Part shown: positions 52,001 through 60,598 of the stretch, piece by piece
How positions within the stretch are numbered: position 1 is the stretch's first letter
How the letters are laid out: each line of letters starts with the position of its first letter
Assembly: GCA_041484665.1 (NCBI GenBank)
Contig: JBGPIA010000002.1
Span: forward strand, 480,001 to 544,000
Direction of reading: 5' to 3'
DNA from: Candidatus Krumholzibacteriia bacterium
GTDB taxonomy: Bacteria; Krumholzibacteriota; Krumholzibacteriia; JAJRXK01
Length of the DNA stretch: 64,000 bases
The notes under the pieces: model-generated
Told to the model about the DNA's origin: nothing
What the model saw: the letters and a program-made list of their open reading frames with translations, nothing else
Database searches by the model: none
Position numbers and translations under genes: made by a program

Positions 52001-54532
52001 ATGGGCCAACGCCGGGTACCGCCCTCTTCCACCACGCGGCGTCGGCTGCTGCTGGCGATCGCGCCCCTGCTGCTGATCCTGGAGATCCCCGGCGCGATCG
52101 AGCTGTGGAACCGCCCCTTCCACGGCATGAACCTCAACAACGACACCGTCCAGACGGTCGACGTGCCGAGCCCGGCTGCCTCCGCGGGCGTGCGCGCGGG
52201 GGACGTGCTGCTGTCGCTCGACGGGCGCCCCACGCTCCACGACGCCGCGTTCCGTGCTGCGCTGTTCGGCGCCCGCGCCGGCCGGTCGGTGGCGCTGGAG
52301 ATCGGCCGCGACGGCACTGCGGTCACGCTGACGCTGACGCTGGCGCAGAAGCCGTTGGGGCGCCGCGTCCTGGACTTCTTTCAGAGCGCGATCGGGCTCT
52401 GCTTCCTGTTCCTGGGCTTCGTGACCTATCTGCGGCGCCACGACGCCCTCGGCCGGCATTTCTATGCGTGCTGCCTGCTCTTCGCCTACCAGCTGCTCGA
52501 CCTGCCGACGTTCCCCTGGACCTGGCTCATGCTAGCGATCTTCACCGTGCGCGATGTGCTCGCGCTGTTCCTGTCGGCCGAGCTCCTGCGCTTTTGCCTC
52601 ATTTTCCCCGAAGGAGTCGAGGAGCGGCGCCCTGAGCTGCGTCGGCGCCGCTGGCTGATGCTGCCGCCGCTGCTGGTGGCTCCCCTGCACATCTGGGCCA
52701 ATTTCAGCGTGGCGCGCCCGGCCACCAGCCCGCTCGTGCGTGTCGTGGGCCTGGCCACCGCCGTCTTGTTCGCGGGTTACGTCGTGGCGGCCCTGATCGT
52801 GTTCACGCGAAAGGTCCTGCGCCGAGAGCCGTGGGTGCTGTGGACCAAGCTACGCCTGGCGGCCCTGGGACTCGCGGTGGGGGCGCTGCCCATCGCCCTG
52901 GCTGCGGTGGCGCGGCAAGTCTGGCCGGCGGCGCCCGTGCCACTGGAGAAGGTGGCGGTGCTGCTGCTGCCGCTGGTGCCCGCGAGCTTCTCCGTGGCGC
53001 TGCTGCGGACGCGCGCCATCGACCTCAGCGACCTCCTGCGCCAGGGGCTCATCACATTGGCCCTCACGCTTCTGCTCGTGCCGCCTGCGGCGGCCTTCCT
53101 GATGGTGGCGGGCCCGCTGCTCAGCGGCGCCGGGCGCGGCCTGGGATACCTGCTCACCGTGCTCGCGGTCTTCGCGCTGAGCGTCAGCGCCGTGCCGGCG
53201 CGGCGTCGCATCGGTACCGCCATCGACCACCTGCTCTATCCCGAGCAGCAGACCCAGCGCGCTCGCGCCCAGAGCCTCGCGGCAGCCCTCAACCAACAGC
53301 GCGACCCCCAGCAGCTCGCGCAGCTCTTGTGCGCCGATCTCCTCTCCCTGTTCCACGGCAGCAGCGCCGCGCTCTACGCCTGCGACGCGGAGGCCATGCA
53401 GCTCCAGGCCCAGTCTGGCACGGTGTCCGAGCGGCCCCACCCCGTCCGCGTGGCCCGCGAGGCGAGCCTGCTGGCCGAGGTGTTCCGCTCTTCCGAGATG
53501 ATACTGGTGGAGCCCATGCTCACCGGCCCGCGCCCCGTGCACCTGGACGAGGAGAGCCGCAAGCTCCTGGCCACTGGCTGTGCCCTGCTGTGTCCCCTGG
53601 CGGCGGGCGGCCGGCCCGTGGGACTGCTGGCCATGGGGCCGCCGCGCGGCGGCGGCATGTTCGGCACCTTCGAGCTGCACGAGATCCGCATGCTCGCCGG
53701 CCACACGGCCGCCGCCCTGGAGAACGCCATCCTGCACCGCGAGGACCTAGCGCGCGAGCGGCTGGCCGCTGAGATGGCGCTGGCTCGCGAGATCCAGGCG
53801 CATCTGATGCCGGCCAGCGATCTCGCGGCGGGGCCGTTCACCGTCAGCGGCAAGATGATCAGCTCGGCACAGGTGGGTGGAGACGTCTTCGACCACTTCA
53901 CGCTCGGCGACGGGCGCGTGGTGATGGCGGTGGCCGACGCCTCCGGCAAGGGCGTGCCGGCCAGCCTGTTGATGAGCAGCATGCGTCCAGCAATCCGCGA
54001 GGCGATGCAGCCAGGCTCGACCCTCGTGCAGGCGGTGGCGCGGCTCAATCGCCACGTGCACGCCATGACCAGCGAGCGCCACTTCATCGCCTTGTTCCTG
54101 GCAGCGCTCGAGCCGACGACGCACGTGATGACCTACGTGGTCGCCGGGCTCGACCCTCCACTGTGGGTGCGCGCGCGTCTGGGACGCGTGGAGCAGCTCA
54201 CGCGCGGAGGGCCCGTCCTTGGAATCGATCTGACCGCAGGGTTCCGCGAAGGGGTGATTCGGCTTCTGCCCGGCGACGTGCTGCTTGCGTATACCGACGG
54301 CATGATCGACCAGGAGAACGCCACCGGCGAGCCGTTCGGAACAGCGCGGCTGTCGGCCTGGACGCGGCGGCTGAAGGATCTTCCGGCGGCCGAGATCCGG
54401 GCCGGCCTGTTTGCGGCCGTGGAGGAGTTCGGCCCCGGCCCCGCCGCCGATGACAAGACGTTGCTGGTCTTGAAGTTCGACGCCCCAGCCCAGGCGGGCA
54501 CGGAAGCTGCTGAGGCAAGCGCAGGGGCATGA
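52001..54532 (+). CDS. Membrane sensor phosphatase: PDZ, multi-TM region, GAF, SpoIIE/PP2C domain
   Basis: SPAASAGVRAGDVLLSLDG (PDZ); AREIQ, VGGDVFD, VADASGKG, YTDG, DDKT (PP2C). Confidence 0.88.
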   Translation: MGQRRVPPSSTTRRRLLLAIAPLLLILEIPGAIELWNRPFHGMNLNNDTVQTVDVPSPAASAGVRAGDVLLSLDGRPTLHDAAFRAALFGARAGRSVALEIGRDGTAVTLTLTLAQKPLGRRVLDFFQSAIGLCFLFLGFVTYLRRHDALGRHFYACCLLFAYQLLDLPTFPWTWLMLAIFTVRDVLALFLSAELLRFCLIFPEGVEERRPELRRRRWLMLPPLLVAPLHIWANFSVARPATSPLVRVVGLATAVLFAGYVVAALIVFTRKVLRREPWVLWTKLRLAALGLAVGALPIALAAVARQVWPAAPVPLEKVAVLLLPLVPASFSVALLRTRAIDLSDLLRQGLITLALTLLLVPPAAAFLMVAGPLLSGAGRGLGYLLTVLAVFALSVSAVPARRRIGTAIDHLLYPEQQTQRARAQSLAAALNQQRDPQQLAQLLCADLLSLFHGSSAALYACDAEAMQLQAQSGTVSERPHPVRVAREASLLAEVFRSSEMILVEPMLTGPRPVHLDEESRKLLATGCALLCPLAAGGRPVGLLAMGPPRGGGMFGTFELHEIRMLAGHTAAALENAILHREDLARERLAAEMALAREIQAHLMPASDLAAGPFTVSGKMISSAQVGGDVFDHFTLGDGRVVMAVADASGKGVPASLLMSSMRPAIREAMQPGSTLVQAVARLNRHVHAMTSERHFIALFLAALEPTTHVMTYVVAGLDPPLWVRARLGRVEQLTRGGPVLGIDLTAGFREGVIRLLPGDVLLAYTDGMIDQENATGEPFGTARLSAWTRRLKDLPAAEIRAGLFAAVEEFGPGPAADDKTLLVLKFDAPAQAGTEAAEASAGA

Positions 54533-54594
54533 GAGGAAGTGCCCTCTGGCACGTCCTGGCCTTTGGTCTCGCCAAGCCTCAGGAGGCTTTGACC

Positions 54595-54663
54595 ATGGAT
54601 CCTGGGACCCTGATCGCCGCGCTCGTGTTGGGCGTGGACATCTTCTGGTGGTTGAGGAAGTGA
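54595..54663 (+). CDS. 22-aa hydrophobic peptide MDPGTLIAALVLGVDIFWWLRK, putative type I toxin
   Basis: Perfect AGGAGG 8 nt before the ATG; single hydrophobic helix with a WWLRK tail; RBS lies in a hairpin; terminator downstream. Confidence 0.55.
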   Translation: MDPGTLIAALVLGVDIFWWLRK

Positions 54664-54708
54664 AATGACCGAACATCAAAGCGAGAGCACCGACATCAGC
54701 TCTCTTTG

Positions 54709-54752
54709 AAGCCCCGTCGTGCAGGATGCAAAGCGCGACGGGGCTTTTCCTT
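54709..54752 (+). terminator. Intrinsic terminator
   Basis: aagccccgtcgtgc / gcgcgacggggctt stem followed by ttcctt. Confidence 0.75.
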
Positions 54753-54792
54753 GTCCTGCAACGTCCCTCGACGTCCTCGGCGTGCCGCGCAC

Positions 54793-55482
54793 TCACCCAA
54801 GGGGCCCCAGCGGCCAGCGCCGCAGCAGCGTGCCGATGAAGCGCCCGTAGAGGCCCGCCGCCTGCAGCAGCCCCAGCGCGATCAGGCCCGCCGCCGCCAG
54901 GCCAGGCGCGCGCAGCGCGCGCAGCGATCGCCCCAACGTCCCCCCTGCCACCACCGCCACCACCGCCAGCGCGATTGCGGTCCCGAAATGATCCACGGTG
55001 ATGACGGACCGCAGTGCCGGCGGCTCTACTCCGCCCGCCAGCACGGCCGGCCCACCCACGGTCAAGCGCAGCGCGAGGGTCGGCCCCAGATACGGCGGCC
55101 TCGCCCACGCCAGCAAACTGCCCAGGAGCGTGCAGACGGGCGCCATCGCGACCCCGCGCAACCGCGTCACGGGGCGGGCGGGTGTCGGGGCTGGCCTGCG
55201 CGTGCGCGGCGGCGCGAGCCACAGCCCCGCCGCGATCCAGAGCGCGCCGGAGAGTGACCAGCTGGCGCGGCTTCCCCAATGCAGAGGCGCGCCGCACGCC
55301 AGCGCGCCGATTACGTAGCCGGCGCACAGCGCGGCGCCGCAGCCGGCCAGGGCCCGCAGCCCCGCGCGGGCTTCCACTGCGGCGCCCAGCAGCAGGGTGC
55401 ACGCGGCCGCCGGCGCCGCCGCCGGCGTGAGCGCAGCGGCGAGCCCTGCGGCCAGCTGCACAACGGAATCTGGCGCGCTCAC
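54793..55482 (-). CDS. Membrane protein resembling CcdA/DsbD-beta but lacking the catalytic cysteines
   Basis: AGLAAALTPAAAP aligns by eye to AGLLSFLSPCVLP; LLAWARPPYLGPTL aligns to FAFGWTPCIGPIL; about 6 TM helices. Confidence 0.5.
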   Translation of the reverse strand: MSAPDSVVQLAAGLAAALTPAAAPAAACTLLLGAAVEARAGLRALAGCGAALCAGYVIGALACGAPLHWGSRASWSLSGALWIAAGLWLAPPRTRRPAPTPARPVTRLRGVAMAPVCTLLGSLLAWARPPYLGPTLALRLTVGGPAVLAGGVEPPALRSVITVDHFGTAIALAVVAVVAGGTLGRSLRALRAPGLAAAGLIALGLLQAAGLYGRFIGTLLRRWPLGPLG

Positions 55483-55494
55483 GGCCGTTGCGCC

Positions 55495-56427
55495 CTACTC
55501 GAGAGCACGCTTCTCCTGCCGGCGGTCCGCCTCGAAGATCCGCATGGGCGAGCCCGGCGTGTAGCCGAGGATCTCCTCGATCCCGTCGCCGTCGATGTCC
55601 AGCAGCTCGATGTTCTGGCCGAAGGCATCGGTACGCCATTTCGGCTCACCCGTGACCGCGTCGAGAACCGTCCCGGTATTGAGCACGATCTCCAGCGTCG
55701 CGTCCGAGTCCACGTTGCCCACCTCGATCTCGGTCGCCTGGTAGGTGGTGGTGGAGCGGAACTCCCGATTGAAGCGGCTGCCGTCGATGTAGTCGAGGTA
55801 GCCGTCCCCCAGGATCACCAACTCGTAGGCCGGATCGTTGTCCACGTTGGCGATGGTGAAGGCAGTGATCTCGTCGTAGTCCTCCGGAAGGTTCTCCCAG
55901 TGCAGGTTGAGCTGGTCGTCGAATATGTAGAGCCGCCCGCCCGTGAGGCGCGCGACGATCTCGACGCGCCCGTCGCCGTCGAGGTCCTCGGTGCGCACCT
56001 CCAGCACCGCGCCGTCCAGTGGACGGCTGCGGGCCAGCTCGTGGGCGTCGCGTCCGGTGAGCTGCACGACATGCACGAAGCCGAAGCGGTCCCCGTACAC
56101 CAGGCGCTGGCCGCGTTCGCCGGAGACGACCGGGAGCAGGGCGACCGAGCGCACGCGGAAGGCTGCCCGGTCGAGGGCCAGCACTTGCCAGTAGTCCAGA
56201 TCCTCCTGCGCCAGCGCTCGTGCGGGCGCCAGCACTGCACTCAGCAGCAGCGCGGCCACAAGCGGCGCGGCGGCATGCCACAACGACAGCGCGGCGCGCG
56301 GGGCCGCCCTCCTACGCACCGGGTGGACGGACGGGGGTGCCGCCGGCTCTCCGGCCGCCGCCTGGGGCATCGGGCCTTGGCGCGCGGCGGGGTTGCGCGG
56401 GGGCACGTTCAGGAATCGGCATCGCAT
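55495..56427 (-). CDS. Secreted FG-GAP/VCBS-repeat-like protein
   Basis: Repeats DLDGDGRVEI, NVDNDPAYEL, NVDSDATLEI, DIDGDGIEEI; signal-like segment; AGGAG RBS. Confidence 0.7.
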   Translation of the reverse strand: MRCRFLNVPPRNPAARQGPMPQAAAGEPAAPPSVHPVRRRAAPRAALSLWHAAAPLVAALLLSAVLAPARALAQEDLDYWQVLALDRAAFRVRSVALLPVVSGERGQRLVYGDRFGFVHVVQLTGRDAHELARSRPLDGAVLEVRTEDLDGDGRVEIVARLTGGRLYIFDDQLNLHWENLPEDYDEITAFTIANVDNDPAYELVILGDGYLDYIDGSRFNREFRSTTTYQATEIEVGNVDSDATLEIVLNTGTVLDAVTGEPKWRTDAFGQNIELLDIDGDGIEEILGYTPGSPMRIFEADRRQEKRALE

Positions 56428-56473
56428 GGCACAAGCTCCTTCGTTCGAACGACGATCGGGGCGACGGAGTCTT

Positions 56474-57454
56474 TCAGGCGCCGCACTCCTCCAGGCGCAC
56501 ACGCCGCTCTAGTCGGTGCGAGCGGACGCACGCCTCGGCCATGCGCACGGCCTCCACGCCGTCGCGCAGGGGGATCGGCACCTCGATCTCGCGGCGCGCC
56601 ACCCGGACGAACTCCTGCAGGATGCGCGGCAAGGTGGGCAGATCGCCGGGCGATGATACGAGCTCCAGCTCGCGGCCGCGCACGCGCGTAATCGTACCGC
56701 GCCCGTAGTCCACCAGTAGCTGCGCTTGCGTTCCGACAACCTCCAGCGTGCCGCTGCGCGTGGTGGAGAACTTGCTGACCTCGGTGCCCGCCAGGATCTG
56801 CGACGCCTCGTACTCGAAGCAGGCGTCGAACGCGTTCTCGAGGACCGCACCCTCGACGGCCAGCATGCGGCACGTCACCGCGTCGGGGGTGGATCCGAGC
56901 AGCCAGCGCAGCAGATCGAAGAGGTGCACGCCGGTCAGCAGCACCGACCCGCCGCCGGCCACCGCGGCGTCCTCTTGCCAGGCGAGGCCGCTGGGCTCCA
57001 GGCGCTGTTGGAGGCGCAGGCGATGGACCGCTCCGAGGTTTGAGCTCAGCGTACGAGCGAGCTGAAGCGTCGCGTTGTAGCGCAGGGTGTGCGCGACCAT
57101 GGCGATCGCTTCGGGGAAGGTTGCGGTGCGCGCGAGGATCGCCTCCGCCGCCGCCAGCGACTCCGCCAGCGGCTTCTCCACCAACACGGGCTTCCCCGCA
57201 GCCAGCGCCAGCTCCAGCTCGCGCGCATGGCACGCAGGTGGCGTGGCGATGATGACGGCGTCCACGTCGCGGCGGTCGAGCAGCGCTTCCAGCTCCCGCT
57301 CGGCCATGACGCCGTAATTGGCCGCCAGACGCTGCGCCTGGGCCGCGTCGCGGCGCCATAGCGCCACCGCCGTCGCCCCCGGCACATCGGCGAGGACGTG
57401 GCGCAGGTAGCGCTCGCCATGGCGGCCGCAGCCGATCAGTCCGAAACGGAGCAT
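56474..57454 (-). CDS. Gfo/Idh/MocA family oxidoreductase
   Basis: FGLIGCG, IATPP..H, VLVEKP, GGG...TGVHLFD. Confidence 0.9.
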   Translation of the reverse strand: MLRFGLIGCGRHGERYLRHVLADVPGATAVALWRRDAAQAQRLAANYGVMAERELEALLDRRDVDAVIIATPPACHARELELALAAGKPVLVEKPLAESLAAAEAILARTATFPEAIAMVAHTLRYNATLQLARTLSSNLGAVHRLRLQQRLEPSGLAWQEDAAVAGGGSVLLTGVHLFDLLRWLLGSTPDAVTCRMLAVEGAVLENAFDACFEYEASQILAGTEVSKFSTTRSGTLEVVGTQAQLLVDYGRGTITRVRGRELELVSSPGDLPTLPRILQEFVRVARREIEVPIPLRDGVEAVRMAEACVRSHRLERRVRLEECGA

Positions 57455-57607
57455 GCGCAGGACCCGGGGTGGCTGACGCCCGGCTGGCGCGCGGCAGGGG
57501 CGGCCGCGCCGGAACGGGCAGTTTAACACCTGGCGGCTGCGCCTCCCAGTCCCCGCCGCGCAGGGGGGCCGTGTTGCCCGTTCCCGCTCCCGGCCCCGCC
57601 ACGGCGA

Positions 57608-57616
57608 TGTTATAGT
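57608..57616 (+). promoter_or_regulatory. Putative extended -10 promoter (TGtTATAGT)
   Basis: About 45 nt upstream of the TTG start at 57662. Confidence 0.4.
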
Positions 57617-57661
57617 GCGGCGGATGCGCCCGCCGCACGGGAGGCCCCAGGAGGAACGCGG

Positions 57662-58903
57662 TTGAAGGTCGTCTTCGCCCACAAGTTCTTCTACCGCGTC
57701 GGCGGCACCGAGCAGTACCTCGAGGACCTGACGGCGATCCTGCAGTCGCACGGACATGAGACGATTCCGTTCTCGCTGAAGAGCCCCAAGAACCCACCCA
57801 CGCCCTATGAGACCTACTTCCTCGAGCCGCTGGACTATCGCGACCCCTCGCGGCTGCACCACCTGCGCCAGGCCAGCCGGATCCTGGGACGCACGCTCTA
57901 CTCCTTCGAGGCCAAACGCCAGCTCGACCGTCTGATCAAAGACCTGCGCCCCGACCTCGCCCACCTGCAGCTGATCGATCATCACATCTCGCCGTCGATC
58001 CTCCACACGCTGCGCAAGCACCGCATCCCGGTGGTGCAGAGCGTCAGCAATTACAAGCACGTCTGCGCGAGCTACCGGCTGTACCTGTTCGACCGCCAAG
58101 AGACCTGCCAGCGCTGCCTCTACGGCAATCACTACCACGCAGTGCTCACCCGCTGTTTGAAGGGCAGCTTGGCGGCCAGCGCGCTGGCCGCGTTCGAGAT
58201 GTACCTGCACGCGGCCATGCGCATCTACCACCTGGTCGACCGCTTCATCGTGCCCAACCGCTTCATGGAGGAGAAGCTGGTCGGTGCCGGCTACCCGGCG
58301 CGCAAGGTGGCCCGGCTCTTGAATCCACTGGAGCTCCATCGGTACGCTCCGACCTGGGAGACGGGCGACTTCCTGCTCTACTTCGGGCGCATCGACCCGG
58401 AGAAGGGCGTGGGCTCGCTGGTGCGCGCCATGGAGCGCTTTCCGCGCCTGCGTCTGGTGGTGGTGGGCCACGGGCTGGACTTCGACGCGGTACGCGCCCT
58501 GGCCGTCAACCTGCGCCTGTCCAACGTGGAATTCACAGGCCCCCTGTGGGGGGACGACCTGATGCCCTACCTCGCCCGCGCGAGGGCCGTGGTGGTCCCG
58601 TCGCTCTGGTACGAGATCTCGCCCATGGTCGTCTATCAGGCCTACGCCATGGGCAAGCCGGTGATCGGCGCCGACCTGGGCGGGATCCCGGACCTGGTCA
58701 CCCCCGAGACCGGCCGCCTGTTCGCGCCGGGGGACGTCCAGCAGCTGGGCGACTGCATCGAGCAGGTCGCGCTGGACGACCGGGTGGTGCAGCGCATGGG
58801 CCGCGCAGCCCGGGCGTGGGCCGAGCAGAACCTCGACCCACAGCGCTACTACGAGCGGCTGATGGACGTGTACGCGCAGGCGCGGGAGGAGAGCCGGCGA
58901 TGA
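57662..58903 (+). CDS. Glycosyltransferase family 4 with a four-Cys insert
   Basis: GGTEQY, YFGRIDPEKG, PSLWYE..P, GKPVIG; AGGAGG RBS with TTG start. Confidence 0.9.
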   Translation: MKVVFAHKFFYRVGGTEQYLEDLTAILQSHGHETIPFSLKSPKNPPTPYETYFLEPLDYRDPSRLHHLRQASRILGRTLYSFEAKRQLDRLIKDLRPDLAHLQLIDHHISPSILHTLRKHRIPVVQSVSNYKHVCASYRLYLFDRQETCQRCLYGNHYHAVLTRCLKGSLAASALAAFEMYLHAAMRIYHLVDRFIVPNRFMEEKLVGAGYPARKVARLLNPLELHRYAPTWETGDFLLYFGRIDPEKGVGSLVRAMERFPRLRLVVVGHGLDFDAVRALAVNLRLSNVEFTGPLWGDDLMPYLARARAVVVPSLWYEISPMVVYQAYAMGKPVIGADLGGIPDLVTPETGRLFAPGDVQQLGDCIEQVALDDRVVQRMGRAARAWAEQNLDPQRYYERLMDVYAQAREESRR

Positions 58904-58967
58904 GAGGGCAGCGCACACCACGATGTAGCAGCGACGAAACCGCGGTAGGAAGAGGGAGGCAGCGGCG

Positions 58968-59894
58968 ATGAGAGCGCTGGTGCTGGGCGGAAACGGCTTC
59001 ATCGGCAGCCACCTGGTAGACGCGCTCCTGCACGACGGCGCGAGCGTCACCGTGCTCGACCGCGAGATGGAACGCTACCGCGCACCGCTGCCGGGCGTGC
59101 GCTACGTGGCCGGCGAGCTGGGCAACACGGGCCTGCTGCGCGCGCTGTTGCCGGGCGTCGACGTGGCGTTCCACCTGGCCAGCACCACGCTGCCGGCCAC
59201 CTCCAACGACGCGCCTGTGTTTGACGTGCAGAGCAACTTGGTGGACACGCTGCGCCTGCTGGAGACGTGCGCCGGCTGCGCGGTGGGCAAGGTCGTGTTC
59301 CTCTCCTCGGGCGGCACGGTCTACGGCCAGGTGGACGCCGCGCCCGTCGCCGAGGACCACGCCACCACCCCCATCTGCTCCTACGGCATCGTGAAGCTGG
59401 CGATCGAGCACTACCTGCGCTTGTTCCACCGCACGGCAGGACTGCGCTACGCCGTGTTGCGCCCCTCCAACCCGTTCGGCCCCCGCCAGAACCCCGAGGG
59501 CAACCAGGGAGCGGTCGCCGTCTTCCTGGGCCGCATTGCCCGCGGCGAGCCCGTCACGATCTGGGGCGATGGTGAGATCGTGCGCGACTATTTCCATGTG
59601 AGCGATCTGGCCCGCGCGATCGTGCTGGCCGCGCGCTCGCCCAAGGCGGAGCTCACCCTCAACGTCGGCTCGGGTGCGGGACTCTCCCTCAACCAGCTCG
59701 TGGCGCGCCTGGGGCAGCTGACGGGAAAGCCCGTGACCGTCGTCCGCGAGCCGGCCCGTCCCCTCGACGTGCCGCGGCTGGTGCTGGACACGCACCGCGC
59801 ACGCACCGAGCTGGGCTGGGCGCCCAGCGTACCGCTGGACGCCGGCCTGGCGCAGACCTGGGAGTGGGTGAGCCAGGAGTGGCCGTCCCGCTGA
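58968..59894 (+). CDS. NAD-dependent sugar epimerase/dehydratase (UDP-glucose 4-epimerase-like)
   Basis: LGGNGFIGSHL, SSGGTVYG, YGIVK, RDYFHV. Confidence 0.9.
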   Translation: MRALVLGGNGFIGSHLVDALLHDGASVTVLDREMERYRAPLPGVRYVAGELGNTGLLRALLPGVDVAFHLASTTLPATSNDAPVFDVQSNLVDTLRLLETCAGCAVGKVVFLSSGGTVYGQVDAAPVAEDHATTPICSYGIVKLAIEHYLRLFHRTAGLRYAVLRPSNPFGPRQNPEGNQGAVAVFLGRIARGEPVTIWGDGEIVRDYFHVSDLARAIVLAARSPKAELTLNVGSGAGLSLNQLVARLGQLTGKPVTVVREPARPLDVPRLVLDTHRARTELGWAPSVPLDAGLAQTWEWVSQEWPSR

Positions 59895-60598
59895 GGCCGC
59901 CGCCATCCGATCCCGGCGGCGACGCGGCCAGCGACCCCGATCGCTACCTGTCGGTGGTGGACGGAGCCCCCGCCGAGCTGCGGTTGAGGGGCTCGCGGTT
60001 CCTGGGTCAGGCGCTGCGCGCCGACGACCAGGCGCAGGCCCAGGCAGCACTGCTCGCGCAGCGCAAGGCGCGCTTCGACGCCACCCACCACTGCTGGGCG
60101 CTGCGGCTGGGCCCGCCGGAGCGACCGCTGGAGCGCGGCGACGACGGGGGCGAGCCGTCGGGCACGGCCGGCGTGCCCATCCTGGGAGCGCTGCAGCGCG
60201 CGCAGATCTACGATTGCTGCTTGGTCGTTACCCGCTGGTACGGAGGGACCAAGCTCGGCATGGGCGGTCTTGCCCGCGCCTACGCGGAGGCGGCGGCTCA
60301 GGCGTTGGCCGCTGCACCGCGGCGCACCGTCTGGCGCACGGCCGAGCTGGGCGTCGCGTGCAGCTACGACGACCTGGGGGCGGTGGAGGCAACCCTCGCC
60401 CGGGCCGGCGATGCCGTGCGCGAAGTGAGCCGCGCCTTCGAGCCCCACCTGCAACTGCGCGTCACCGTGCTGCGCAGCCGCGCGGAGCCGCTGCAGGCAG
60501 CCCTGCGCGAGGCGACCGGCGCCCGCGCCGCGCTCAGCCTTTCGCGCCGCGGACCTCCTGAGGATACATCGCCGCCACGAACTCCTCGTAACCGTTGA
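59864..60598 (+). CDS. yigZ: YigZ/IMPACT family protein
   Basis: GSRFLG, ATHHCWA, DDGGEPSGTAG.P, VVTRWYGGTKLG.GGL.RAY. Start uncertain. Confidence 0.88.
   Translation: MGEPGVAVPLRPPPSDPGGDAASDPDRYLSVVDGAPAELRLRGSRFLGQALRADDQAQAQAALLAQRKARFDATHHCWALRLGPPERPLERGDDGGEPSGTAGVPILGALQRAQIYDCCLVVTRWYGGTKLGMGGLARAYAEAAAQALAAAPRRTVWRTAELGVACSYDDLGAVEATLARAGDAVREVSRAFEPHLQLRVTVLRSRAEPLQAALREATGARAALSLSRRGPPEDTSPPRTPRNR

Noticed and set aside
54665..54709. 14-aa ORF MTEHQSESTDISSL
   Set aside because: Very short, lies within a hairpin, weak RBS; better explained as RNA structure.
54595..54752. Trp attenuator (WW leader peptide plus terminator) or 6S RNA
   Set aside because: No co-oriented trp gene follows, since the next gene is convergent, and no long 6S-like rod with a central bubble was evident.
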